Assembly (NCBI RefSeq): GCF_009914755.1
Contig: NC_060932.1
Reading direction: 5' to 3' (one strand)
DNA: 64,000 bases
DNA from: the human T2T-CHM13v2.0 reference genome, Homo sapiens
Shown here: positions 47,943 to 61,059 of the stretch, in pieces
Layout of the letters: each line of letters opens with the position of its first letter
Numbering within the stretch: the stretch's first letter is position 1
Program-made: the position numbers and the translations under genes
Notes under the pieces: model-generated
What the model was told of the DNA's origin: nothing
Databases searched by the model: none
The model's input: the letters and a program-made list of their open reading frames with translations, nothing else

Positions 47943-48209
47943 AAAAGGGGCCTACATAATAACTATGTTTAAATGATTAAAAATTCTGAGAGAGAAGAGA
48001 ATCAATACGATAAATTAGGCCAGTAAAGAAAGCAGAATCTATACAGAATTAGAAATAAAAATATAGCTACTGAAGTTAAAAACCCAGAAGATGGGTTCAA
48101 TGACAGACCTAGATCCGATTAAAGAGAGGAAAGACCTGAGGAAATCCCCCAGAATTCAGTTCAAAGACACAAAAGGATTCTAAGATATGAAATGACAGTG
48201 AGCTCAAGA

Positions 48210-48420
48210 TCATATTTAACTTTACATTTACACAGCACTTATGTAGGTAGCCTCTGTCCTGTTCTTTACAAAGATCATCTAACTTAATCCTCTTGACAAT
48301 CCTCTTTTTCAAATGTAGCTGAGGTACAAAGAGTTTTATGGACTTACCAAAGACACACAGGTAACCTTGGAGGTGGCAGAGCTTGCGTTGGACCCCAGTA
48401 ATCCACCCTTTCTGACTACA
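48210..48420 (-). mobile_element. MIR
   Basis: catctaacttaatcctcttgacaatcct...gctgaggtacaaagagttttatggacttaccaaagacacacag. Confidence 0.65.
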
Positions 48421-48429
48421 GTACAATGA

Positions 48430-48810
48430 GCCTCAGAGACCCTACTGCTTCTGTACTCCTCTCTCTGCTGCACTAGCCACCTCCCCCTCTCCACGGGACC
48501 ATTCCTATCAGCATATCATAATGCTCTTGTATTTCCCAACATTAAAAGAAATCCTTTCTTGATCTCATACCCTCTGTCAGCTACTAATCCCATTATTCTG
48601 TGATTTATCACAACCCAAATTTATAGATTTTTACAAAGGCTGTCTTGACTTCCTTACCTACTATTTTCTCTTCAACTCACTCAATCTGTCATCTGTCTTA
48701 TAGCATACTATCTTAGAGAATCTCTCTGAGCTTCAAATGGATATATTTGATTGCCTATTGAATTCCAAATTTAACTTGTGTAAAACTTAACTCTTGACCT
48801 CCACTTCTCC
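48430..48810 (+). mobile_element. L2 relic
   Basis: ctctctgagcttcaaatggatatatttgattgcct...caaatttaacttgtgtaaaacttaactctt. Confidence 0.55.
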
Positions 48811-48864
48811 ATTATATAAATCCAAAAATATATGAAAGTAAATTATATCCGCACAAGATGCTTA

Positions 48865-49656
<792 letters not shown>

Positions 49657-49699
49657 TTTGTTGCATCTTTACCTATACCTGATGCTCCACACCGATATG

Positions 49700-49900
49700 G
49701 GGCTGTAGTCCTGCAACATTTTCACAAACATGATTTCATTCTGAGCCTCACAGCACTCCTACAAGAGGAAGGGTAAGAATTATCCTCTCCATTCGGTAGA
49801 TGCGGTGGTTTAGACTGAGGTGGTGAGGAAACTTATCTATGTCCATACATTTGGTGAAAACTTCAGGGCTCTCTAGCTTTTTGACTTGGGTTCATGGCTC
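49700..49900 (-). mobile_element. MIR relic, partly within the donor arm of the duplication
   Basis: atttcattctgagcctcacagcactcct...attatcctctccattcggtagatg. Confidence 0.5.
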
Positions 49901-50324
49901 AGTTCACTTTGTAACATCATTTTAAAACAGTAAAAGTGGGAACTCCGACATAAAGGCTTTCGAGGAGTTTCTTCTTTCTTCCTGAACCTGTGCCACCATC
50001 TTCACCTAAACAGCCCAAGATCTCCGAGGTCTTGAGATCTACAAAGATGCAAGGGAATCCCACCATCTCCAACATCCCCAACAGCCCAAATACCACCTTT
50101 TAGGTGGAGAGTACTCTGTCCCTTGTCACCGCTACCTTTCCAAGGACATCTTCATTATTCTTTCCTTTTTGCTCTGACATCTTTTTGCACAGGCCTTTAC
50201 TGTAAAGTTTTCACTTTGTATTACAGTTGGTTCTTTGTATGTCTCTCTCTTTCAGCTAGAAATTGATTTCCTTGATGCTGAGTTCATATCGTCTCTGTGT
50301 CTTCTTCATCTGTCAGTGTCCTGG

Positions 50325-51140
50325 CACCCACACATTAGTAATTTGGAGAGAGTTTAAGAAAGGGACTATTTACAAAGATGTGAGCTGGGATTTGGAAAAT
50401 AAAAGCAATCATAGAGTGTTCCCCCTTCCCCTCTCTCACCCCCCCTCACCATCACTGACCCCCACCTACTTACCAACCCTAAGACCTGGGCAGTTACTGG
50501 AACCCTTCCACAATCACAGAAAGCAGGATGGATGGGGCTCTGCCAACTGACAGGAGATGAGCCCTGATGTTCCACAGTGAACAGGTCTACGCAAATCTAT
50601 TCCTACAGTCTAAGGAAGCTAAGAGGCCAAAGAAAAAGGCTGACAAATCATTCTTAGTAATATTTACTAGGAACTTACAGACAGAAGCCATGTTTGTGTG
50701 TCAGGTGGCAGTGAGACGAGATGGTGGATTCCTGTGCTATCAACCTTCAGACCCAGGGCTTATATACCATGGGGAAAGAGTGATTCAGAAGGGATGCATG
50801 GGACAATTGAAGTACAATAACATCAAGGTTGTTTGACCTAAGGGCAGGATTTACAGTAAGTACCTGCTCTTACACAAGGAACAGATAAACTGGAAATCTC
50901 AGAAGATTCCCAGAACTGGGGTTAACCAGAAATGAACATGGTGGATTAACATCCAAGATGGAGTTACTTTGGCCTGTCTAGAGGGTGAAGCCAGGCCACG
51001 AGATCCCCAGTGAGGAGCTCCTGTCTGCTGGCCCATCCTGACTAGAAGCCAGAAGGCAAGGGAGTCGTCAGTGGCATCATCCCCCTTGCGTGCAGAGCAG
51101 GGAGAGGCAGAAAATTGGACAGACAGAGAATGTGCCCACA
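50325..51140 (-). mobile_element. Old MaLR (MLT1K/L-like), split by an ERV1 LTR
   Basis: gagagtttaagaaagggactatttacaaag...actagaagccagaaggcaagggag...cagagcaggg. Confidence 0.55.
50568..50975 (-). mobile_element. ERV1 MER4-group LTR (LTR26-like)
   Basis: tgttccacagtgaacaggtctacgcaaatc...catccaagatggagttactttggcct. Confidence 0.65.
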
Positions 51141-52239
51141 TCTTTGCATTCCCAGTGTGTAACAGAGTGCCAAGCACATCATTGCTGCACAGAAATATTT
51201 TTAATTGAATTACTGAATCTTAGATGTTGCTCATTGATATCCCTTAGAAATAAAGAAAACTTTTTTTCATTGCTACATGTTTAGCACAGTTTAAGCCAGA
51301 GAAATACCAGACATATTATCGAAGTTTCCAGCGTTTTTGCACTGTTGTGATGAACTCAGACTTCTATACCAAAACATAAAGCTAGCTGCTCTATTTAGGA
51401 ATGTCATAGTCAAAATATAGAGTACTGTAAGATTATGAAGTTATAATTCTTTCCTACTTCATTCAGTTAAAGATCTTATGTACACCTCAATATTAGAAAA
51501 ACGTATTTTTGTTCTACTTTTCTTACCCAAATGCTAAGGCTCTTCAGCCTGTTTAATAATTAAAGCAACATGAGACTTCGAGTGAATGGCAAATAGTGCA
51601 GCTAATGATAAATGTGGACATGTGTGTTAGTTATGCCATCTCTGAAGAAACTGGCGAGTTGGCTTCCTGATTATCCACAGTGACGGCCAATATTCCAAAA
51701 CAGACACTGCTGCTCCTTCAGGTTTCCATAGCTCTCTTTCCCCAACAGTCAGATTCACTGCTGTTATTAATATCTCAGCATGGTGATGAGTGTAACACAA
51801 AATCCTTGCTTCAAAGGCCACTCAGTATTCAATTTTCTAATTGGTTCTTTTAACAAAAACACCCCAAAATGTCTGCAGCATACACTCAAACTCCTTGAAC
51901 ATCTGTAATTAATAAGCTGAGATTGTGGCTCCAATACAAAATCCCAGTGATGACTAATTTGCCGAAAATTTATGGCTTTTGATATTAATCACACAGGGAA
52001 GCTGGCCCAGGAGAGGCATGGTTTGTGCCTGGGGTCCAGTTGTATTCATTGGTAGTCCCTGCTTCTTTTCTCAAAAGTGTGCTGATTTGGTCAATAAAAT
52101 ATATGGTAACCCTACATAAGGCCCAGCCTCAGTCTCATTTCAGGACTTTTGGAATAAGTAGATGACAATACTTCTGCAGCAGTACCAACACTAACATGAA
52201 AGTTACAACATCCATGCTATCATTTGCTAATTCACTGCC

Positions 52240-53052
52240 ATATTTTGTTAGTTTCCCGTGGGTTCCATAACAGATTATCACAAACTTGCCGGCTTAACAC
52301 AGCCAACATTTATTAATATTTGCTCACAGTTCTAGAAGGCAGAAGTCTAAAATCAAGGCATGGCCTCCCTGTAGAGGCTCTGGGGGAGAATCTATGCGTC
52401 TCCTTTTCTGGTGGCCACTGGGATTCCTTGGCTTGCCGGAGCCTGGTCTCAATCTCCATGCTCTAGGTCACATTGCCACCTCATCTTCTGTCTGTGTAAC
52501 TTCCCTTTGCCTCAGCCTTATAAGGACACTTGTCACTGTATTTAGGTCCCACCCAGATGCTACAGTAGGGGTCTCCAACTCCTGGGCTGAGGACTTGTAC
52601 TAGTCCATGGCCTGTTAGGAACCAGGCTGCACAGCAGGAGGTGAGAGCAGCAGGCGAGCGAGCATGATCACCTGAGCTCCACTGCCTGTCAGATCAGCAG
52701 TGACATTAGATTCTCCTAAGAGCGTGAAACCTATTGTGAACTGTCCATGCGAGGGATCTAGGTTATGTGTTCTTTATGAGACTCTAATGCCTGATCTGAG
52801 GTGGAACAGTTTCATCTCAAACCATCCCCTCATCTCCTTCCCCTGTCCAAGGAAAATTGTCTTCCGGGAAACCAGTCTCTGGTGCCAAAAAGGTTGGAGA
52901 CCACTGCCCTAGAGTATGATCTCCTCATCTCAAGATCCTTAGCTCAATCACATCAGCAAAGAGCATTTTTTAAAAAATATCATCACATTCACAGGTTTCA
53001 GTAATTAGGACATGGACTTATCTTTTTGGAGGACACCCTTGAACCCACTACC
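52240..53052 (-). mobile_element. MaLR LTR (MLT1B/C-like), split by MER1B
   Basis: ctcacagttctagaaggcagaagtctaaaatcaagg...cacattcacaggtttcag...gacatggacttatctttttgg. Confidence 0.8.
52566..52906 (+). mobile_element. MER1B hAT-Charlie element
   Basis: aggggtctccaactcctggg...ggtgccaaaaaggttggagaccactg. Confidence 0.88.
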
Positions 53053-53222
53053 CAAGTTAAAGTCAAGCTTACGTTTCCTAGCCATATTTTCGAATATATA
53101 AAATTTCTGTTTTACATTTTCAAACATCCTGTGAGTCATTTATACTTGACATAATTACACCTCAGACGTCCCCAGTACAAATTAAAAACCAGTTCAGGAC
53201 AGCCTCCCTGGCCCTTCTCTGA

Positions 53223-53534
<312 letters not shown>

Positions 53535-53619
53535 TGAGAATGCTGCTTTCTATAACCCTCTTCACAGTAGATTAATTCTCTTCTTCTCATGAGTCCAATC
53601 CATGTAGAGAGTCCCTCCA

Positions 53620-53856
53620 TGGGACCAGGAAGAGGCAAAGGAGTCATCTGCCTTGGACACAAAATTTAAGGGCATGCCAAAAGTTTTAGTCATCAAGATA
53701 AAGAAGAAGAATGACGAGGGTTTTCATCACCCTCTTAAATAAATTTCACATCTATTAAAATATTATTTATCTGGATGACTGAACTTATTGGTATCTCTTG
53801 GAAGTTGGCACCAATGGTGAGTACCTCACTCGCCTCCCCCCTGGAGTCTACAACTG
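53620..53856. mobile_element. MER96B-like, internally deleted
   Basis: caaaatttaagggcatgccaaaagttttagtcatcaagataaa...tttatctggatgactga...cctcactcgcctc. Confidence 0.6.
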
Positions 53857-54171
53857 CTCCTTGCCTGTGAAATAGCAGGTATCACAGCTTCTGGGTCTGT
53901 GACATTCTCACATGGTGAGTGTGTAATATCTGCTCTTTTCTTTCCACACTCAGTATGTCTCAGTATCAAAAATCTGCATTATAGGTAAATAGAATGGAAA
54001 TGTTCTTAAGGATTTGGGGTTCTTCAGTTACCTGCTCCCTTCCATGTTCCTTACCACCAGCCTGCCACAAAGGCTCTTCCAATCCTTAAGTCCACAGGAA
54101 AAAACAACAGGTTTTCTAATTTTTTCTTTTTGAAGCAGCCGTAAAACCAGTGAATGCCAGATTTTTAAAAA

Positions 54172-54674
54172 GTTTTTTATAGAGACAGGGTCTCACATTG
54201 TTGCCTAGGCTGGATTGCAGTGGTGCAGTCATAGCTCACTGCAGCTTTAAACTCTTGGGCTCAAGCAATCCTACTGCCTCCTAGCCTTCTGAGTAGCTGG
54301 AACTACAGGCATGCACCACCATGCCTGGCTAATTTTTTTTGTTTGTTCTTTTATAGAGATAGGGTCTTGCTCTGTCATTCAGGCTGGAGTACAGTGGTAC
54401 AATCATGGCTTATGGCTGGAGTACAGTGGTACAATCATGGCTTATTGCAGCCTCAAACTCCTGGGCTCAAGTGATCCTCCATCCTCAGCCTCCTGAGTAG
54501 CTGGGACTACAAGCATACACCACCATGCCTGGCTAATTTTGTTTGTTTATTTTGTAGAGATGGGAACTCACTAGGTTGCACAGGCCAGTCTCAAACCCAC
54601 AACTCAGGCAATCCTCTTGCACTAGGAGGCCTCCCAAAGTGCTAGGATTACAGACATGAGCCACCAGGCCAGCC
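54172..54674 (-). mobile_element. AluJ with an extra right arm and a 31-bp tandem duplication
   Basis: Two right arms plus one left arm; ggctggagtacagtggtacaatcatggctta x2. Confidence 0.85.
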
Positions 54675-54960
54675 TCAGGTTTTTTTTTAATTAAAAGGTA
54701 CATTTAAATCAATCAATATGTAGTTGTTGAGTAACTGTTAAGTGCCTCCCCACACCCTGAAAAAAAACTCTCATTTTTCTTTGTATTGAAAAACCCATGT
54801 TTGATATATACCACCATGATATCTCTTTCTGACAAGTTATATACAAAGTTATGAAGATCCCACGCCACTGTCCCGAAAGGCTGGCAGGACAAGCAATGTC
54901 TTCTAAGTCAAGCCAGCAGGATCGGAAAAAGCCTTGATCAAAAGAGCTCAACCCGAGCCC

Positions 54961-55222
54961 TGTATATGCACTTGAGTATGTGTGAGTGTGTGTGTGTATG
55001 TATCTGTATATATATATACCTGAGAGTGTGTGTGTATATATATATAGCTGATAGGTGTATATAGGTTTATATATAGCTGATAGGTATACATAGGCATATA
55101 TATACCTAAGTGTGTGTGTGTGTATGTGTGTACATATATATAGTTGATAGGTGTATATATAGCTGTGTGTGTGTGTGTATATATACACACACGCGCGCAC
55201 ACACACACACATATAGAGAGAG
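54961..55222. repeat. Compound (TG)/(TA)/(CA) microsatellite
   Basis: Alternating purine-pyrimidine runs with repeated atagctgataggt spacers. Confidence 0.9.
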
Positions 55223-55963
55223 AGCCTGTTTCCTTAAAATATATTTTCTATAAAATTCCAACCTATTCCTACATTGCCCTCCATCACCTTTCAGAGCTCT
55301 CAGGAGCCCCTTTTCCACAAACATGGGAAGGATGCCCTTACCACATGGGAGGGTGTGACATGAGTCTAACTGGCCATGGAGGACGGCACCACCTGCACCT
55401 CCCGCAGTGCGTCCTGGGAGAAGCATCTGCCCAACAGTGATTGTTCAGAGTGATTTTCAGAACAGGATAGAACGCCACGGCTGGTCTCCTTCCTGAGTAA
55501 TTACTCCTACAAATTTTCTGTTTAGGTCTGACATCAAGCTGGAACAAAACTGTAGATTATGTGGAGATAAGCTGAATTTGTTATGGGATGTTTATGTAAT
55601 TCCACATATAAATGATTACAAAAGAAAGAGAATTTCTTGCCTTGTCTTTCCTACTTCAAGCACATATGTATGAGCTGGTGGCTATTTTCTATTTGTTAAT
55701 AGCTTATTAATAAATCGAATCCATGTTATTTCAGTTTTCAGATGGCTTTGTTCACTAGTTTTTAGTCTTAGCACACTCAAAGGATGTTGTTTTAAAATAA
55801 CTGTAAAACTGTAGCCTTAGAATTTGTAAGGGAAAATAATTTACCCTTTTGTCAAGTTCAATAAATATTGTTACAATGTGGTTTACTAAATAAACCATTG
55901 GGTTAAGAACAAATGTTAAAATACATTCACAATCTTTCAGTTTTTACATTAAACTAGAAGGGG

Positions 55964-56265
55964 GGCCGGGTGTGGTGGCTCCCACTTGTAATCTCAGAAC
56001 TTTGGGAGGCTGAGGCAGGACGATTGCTTAAGGCCAAGAGCTTGAGACCAGCCTGGGCAACATAGTGAGAACGCATCTCTAAAAAAACATTAAAAAAAAA
56101 ACAAAAAACTGGGCATGGCGGCGCATGCCTGTAGTCTCAGCTACTCAGGAGGCTAGGGCAGGAGGATCACTTGAGCACAGAGTTGGAGACTGCAGTGAGC
56201 TATGATTGTGCCACTGTACTCCAACCTGGTGACAGAGCAAAATCTCTGTCTCTAAGAAAAAAGAC
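55964..56265 (+). mobile_element. AluJ
   Basis: ggaggatcacttgagcacagagttggagactgcagtgagctatgattg. Confidence 0.9.
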
Positions 56266-57184
56266 AAGAAAATCATACACACTTATTGGCTTTTGTTTGC
56301 AATGTTTGCAGATAATTTAACTTTTAAGTTATGTTTTGGAGAGGCTAGTTGTAAGAGACATTATTTGAGCATACACAGTTGTGTAACAAAGAAAGTAACC
56401 TGGGAATTTGTTGGAAAACTGGATAACAGTCCAGTGTGAAACAGAAGAGAAAGAAAAAAGGGAGAGACTAAGCCTGGAAAATATAATTGAGAATACATCC
56501 ATTCTATTGATAGCTATAAAAGAAAAGGATTGTTTCTTATTTGTGGTTTGAACAGTGTATGACTTTGTAGTCATTTTACATGTTACAAGAGGAATTGGGT
56601 GGTGAAAGGAAGAGTTAGAAGGCAGAGCAAAAGAGATTTAAAAGGTGAAGAAAAGAGAATAATGTTAAGATGACTTCCTTTGCGTTGTTTGTTTCTTCTT
56701 GACGACAGTTGTTACCTTTGCACTCAATTCCTACTTGAAAAATGAAAGAAAGCCATCCAGATGGGGCAGGTCAAAGAAGAAAAATGCTTGACAGTCATAA
56801 CCCAATGTAATAACGTCTCATTGTTTCTCCAAGTTTTACCTCAGGTTACTTTGCTTCCATAGACCCAGGTCTAAGCAATAGGAACTACGCAGCTCTTTTA
56901 AACTCTTGTTATAGATTATATGACAGAAAATGATCAGAAAAAAACTATATTTAAGCACATCGGCTGCTGGGTGCATTTCATATTCAAACCAGCTCCATTG
57001 TTGTCCATCAGCCCAGTATGGCAAGTGCCAGAAGTGATACTGTAGTTCCTTAAGTTGCTTAATCAACATGCGACAGATGCGGCACAGCTTCCTGCTGTTG
57101 CACGCTGCTACCAGACTGATCGATGGGCAATCCAAAGCCACACCCTTTGGCTCAATTACACTGATGCTGTCTTTGCTTTCTCTC

Positions 57185-57736
57185 TCTCTTTTTTTTTAAT
57201 TATTATTATACTTTAAGTTCTAGGGTACATGTGCACAACGTGCAGGTTTGTTACATATGTATGCATGTGCCATGTTGGTGTGCTGCACCCATTAACTCGT
57301 CTTTACATTATGTATTCCTCCTAATGCTATCCCTCCCCGCTCCCCCGACCCCATGACAGGCTCCGGTATGTGATTTTCCCCGCCGTGTGTCCAAGTGTTC
57401 TCATTGTTCAGTTCCCACCTGTGAGTGAGAACATGCAGTATTTGGTTTTCTGTCCTTGTGATAGTTTGCTCAGAATGATGGTTTCCAGCTTCATCCATAT
57501 CCCTGCATAGGACATGAACTCATCCTTTTTTTACAGCTGCATAGTATTCCACAGCGTATATGTGCCACATTTTCTTAATCCAGTCTATCATTGATGGACA
57601 TGTGGGTTGGTTCTCAAGGATCTAGAACTAGAAATACCATTTGACCCAGCAATCCCATTACTGGGTATATACCCAGAGGATCATAAATCATGCTACTATA
57701 AAGACACATACACACGTATGTTTATTGCAGCACTAT
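57185..57736 (-). mobile_element. L1PA 3' fragment with 5' inversion (twin priming)
   Basis: Minus orientation 57185-57613, plus orientation 57614-57736; TSD tttgctttctct at 57172-57183 and 57736-57747. Confidence 0.92.
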
Positions 57737-58483
57737 TTGCTTTCTCTTTTTATTATGTTTGAGCTTGCAATTGGGACAGCTCCTAAATCTCTAATCTCTT
57801 TTAAGAAGAAGCTGAAACATTGTTTGGAGTTAACATTCTCCAAACAAAGAGAAGACTGGCATCCTTAAGGTACTTCAAAAGCCATAAATACCTAACATTT
57901 TTTTAAAAAGTGAAGTCAAACAAACAAACAAACCAAGAACACACTCTGGGTCACTCTTGCCCTACTCCTTTAAATAGTGACACAGGGGATCCTAGTTGTG
58001 TTTGAATTCCAAAGGTAACATGTTCAGAGAAAGACACATAGTGTCCTGTACTTTGGCTGCAGCAGAATGCACTGATGCAATCCTTTCGTCCGGGTAGATG
58101 ATGGTTCATTAAATATGGTGAGGTTAAATAGACCCACCAGACTGAAGATGCAACTGGACTCCTGAGTGTATACCAACACCTCCAGCCTCAGCGAGAGCCA
58201 TCTCTTGGTCCATTCGCAAAGGTGAAACCAGAAATATATCCCCTAGCAGCATGCCAGTGAGCAAAAGATGATTTGGCTTCTTAGCCTCAGATGTATTGGA
58301 TATGCTGAAGTCATAGGAGATACTAGGTTTTTAAAAATATAATTTTTCTCAGTACATATTCTTTATCAAAATTGTAAATTTCCACATTAATCTTTCAGTT
58401 TCTCTTGCAGAAGTAGAGAATGAAAATATAAACTGATTTAAAGCACCTTGTATAATTATCATACTGTAACACTGTAATTAGAA

Positions 58484-58665
58484 TAGTGGTTCTCAAAATG
58501 CAATCTCTGTACTCACAGCATCAGCACCACCTGGGAACATGTTAGAAATGCAAATTATCAGGCTTCTCTAGAACCACTAAGAAGCTCTGGCGAGGCCTAG
58601 CAATCTGTGTTTTAACAAGCCTTCCAGGCAATGCTGATACAAGGCCAAGTTTAAGAAAAACACTG
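58484..58665. mobile_element. MER5A
   Basis: agtggttctcaaa...gcatcagcaccacctgggaacatgttagaaatgcaaatt...caatctgtgttttaacaagcc. Confidence 0.85.
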
Positions 58666-59829
58666 TCATTATTTATGATTGATTACAGTAACTTCATTAT
58701 AAATTAAGCAAATGAAAACCACCAAAGTTTACATGTTTTGTCTGTTCTCAGATCTGCTGTTCAGCAAGATAACTGATTTTGAAATTGCTATGTCCACAGG
58801 TATTTAAAACATAAATCTTAAATTAATTCCACTGAAAACAGAACTCAGAAAGGATAAATTCTCTGCTGTCTGCTACTGAATTTCTGAAGAAACGTTTGAT
58901 TCTAGAAAAAAGACATTGTGTCCGTGTTGTTGACATTGTGAATTATTCTAAAGGATGGATGTTATGTGGCTTCAGACTCTCAATGGCATTTGATTAGACT
59001 GGGCAAGTTAAATTCCCACAGCAATTAGTGACTGCTCTGACCAAAAAAAGGAATGTGAAACAAAACTAAACACAAAGAAATAAACAACAACTTTTTGTTT
59101 GGATATAAATGGGTAGAAATATTTGGGAGACTGATGGAAAGAATAAACAATATACAATAGCATTAACATGACCCACCCCTTCCCACCCAAGGCACTTCCA
59201 TTTTAAATTAGAGCTGTGTTTTATTCTACTGTAAACCCTTGAAATCACCTCCAATACACAAAGTAGAAAATAAGGCAAAGCAAGGGAAGAGTCTTCAGAT
59301 CAATCTCTTAAAACCTAAAAGCATGACTAAGTAAATGCTCCTTGGAAAGTTATCAAGGGTTCACATTTTTCTAAAAATTAAGTCTACGAAAAGGAAAACC
59401 AAAGAGCATTAAGCCTTATATAATTCAAATATTTACTTCTGCTAAAAAAAAAGGAAACCAGTAAACTGGGCTTTTAATAAGTACTGGAAATAAACTTTAC
59501 TAAGACATGTGATCAGCACATTAAATTAATTTTAAAACTCTCAGCTACCTATCTGGGGTTGCTAGGTTTCTTTCTTTACAGATAACATCGGGACTGGAAA
59601 GGACTTGGGAGCTACTAGGGCTTCTCTGATCCATTTTCTGCGTTTCTTCTCCTTCAGGGTCTGGAGATGCACATAGTCTTACTTCCAGCTCAGGCATTTT
59701 ATGCGGCTTTTCAAGAAGTTTTTCCTTTTCAGTCCAGTATTTGTACCACTGCCTTTTCTTCTTTAGAAGAAAGTTGAACGTGAAAATTTTCAAGAGTTAT
59801 TAATGGTTTCCCATAAATAGCCACATGAG

Positions 59830-59910
59830 CAGGAAGGAAGAAAGGAAAAGGAAAGAAGAAGTAGAAGTAGGAGGAGAAGAAGAAGGGGAGGAGGAGGAAG
59901 GAAGAAAGAC
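59830..59910. repeat. GA-rich low-complexity tract
   Basis: aggaaggaagaaaggaaaagg...gaggaggaggaagg. Confidence 0.8.
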
Positions 59911-60402
59911 GTGGCTGAAATGAGACGTAGGCAAGTAACTATGGTCCTCACACACAAATCTGTAGCATAAATGAGTCATCTGACTTTGAGAAGCCTTTAA
60001 AGGGAATATGCTCAGAGAATACAGGAAAGCTTCTCTGAGTGATTTCCTGGATGTTTCTCAATGACACACTAAAAATGTATTGCGTACCTTGTAATGAGAG
60101 TTGTGCTTCAAATATATTTTATACAACGACTACTGGAGTGGAATATGCTGCCCTGTCCTCTACTGAGAGATGGGACACCAGCGGGCTCATGGACTCTATT
60201 AGCACAGTGTAGCTCAAATTCTTATTGGGAACTAATATAATAGGCCCAGTAACAAGAACTTTTCCAAGCATTTACTTTTCCTCAGAAAAACCCTTTTATA
60301 TTCTGACCCATTTCAACAGGCAGCAGACAACAAAGTGAAAACCAAGGCCTTTATCACCACAAGTAACTTCCTTCCTTTATTAGGACAAGGCAAAAAGAGA
60401 AA

Positions 60403-60813
60403 TGATATAGTTTGGATATTTGTCTCCTCCAAGTCTCACGTTGAAATGTGATCCCGAATGTTGGAGATGGGGCCTGGTGAGAGGTATCGGGGGCATGGAG
60501 GAGGATCCCTCATGAATGGCTTGGTGTCATCCCATTGGTAATTAGTGAGTTCTTGCTCTATTAGTTCATGCGAGTGCTGGTTGTTTTAAGTAGCAAGACA
60601 CCCCTACCTCTCTCTTCCTCCCTTTCTCACCATGTGATGTCTGCTCCTCTCGCCTTCTGCCATGAGTGGAAGCTTCCTGACACCTCACCAGAAGCAGACG
60701 CTGGTGCTATGCTTCTTGTACAGCCTGCAGGGCCATGAGCCAAATAAACTTCTTATCTTTACAAACTACCCAGCTTTAGGTGTTTTTATAGCAACACAAA
60801 ATGGACTAAGACA
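60403..60813 (+). mobile_element. MaLR LTR (MSTA/MSTB)
   Basis: tgatatagtttggatatttgtctcctccaag...gcaacacaaaatggactaagaca; TSD agaaa/ggaaa. Confidence 0.88.
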
Positions 60814-61059
60814 GGAAACAAAAATGGCAATTTCTGGACTTGGATTTCAGATATTTTGAAGCATTTTAATTTCTCTAATGCTCTCGGGAAGAGGGGAAAA
60901 TGGAAACCAAGTGATGACCCATGTCTATACGTGTCACCAGAGAGAACACAATAGGAGCCACTGCCAACTCCACCTCCCCAGCCCTGCCTAACATCAACCC
61001 CGGGAAAGATGGGTTACATTTAAAAAGATGAGGGTGAGACTAGGAAGAGTGAGAGGACA

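Larger units (their letters stand above)
46690..48200 (+). mobile_element. Old L1M 5'UTR/ORF1 relic, split by the templated insertion
   Basis: ataactatgtttaaatgattaaa...gatgggttcaatgacagacctag...cctgaggaaatcccccagaattcagttcaaagacac. Confidence 0.6.

Noticed and set aside
54709-55440. ORFs of 86-167 aa
   Set aside because: They read through dinucleotide microsatellites.
56836-57141. 101-aa minus-strand ORF ending at GAG|GTAAAA
   Set aside because: No recognisable homology, no convincing acceptor or ATG start, and it abuts an L1 insertion.
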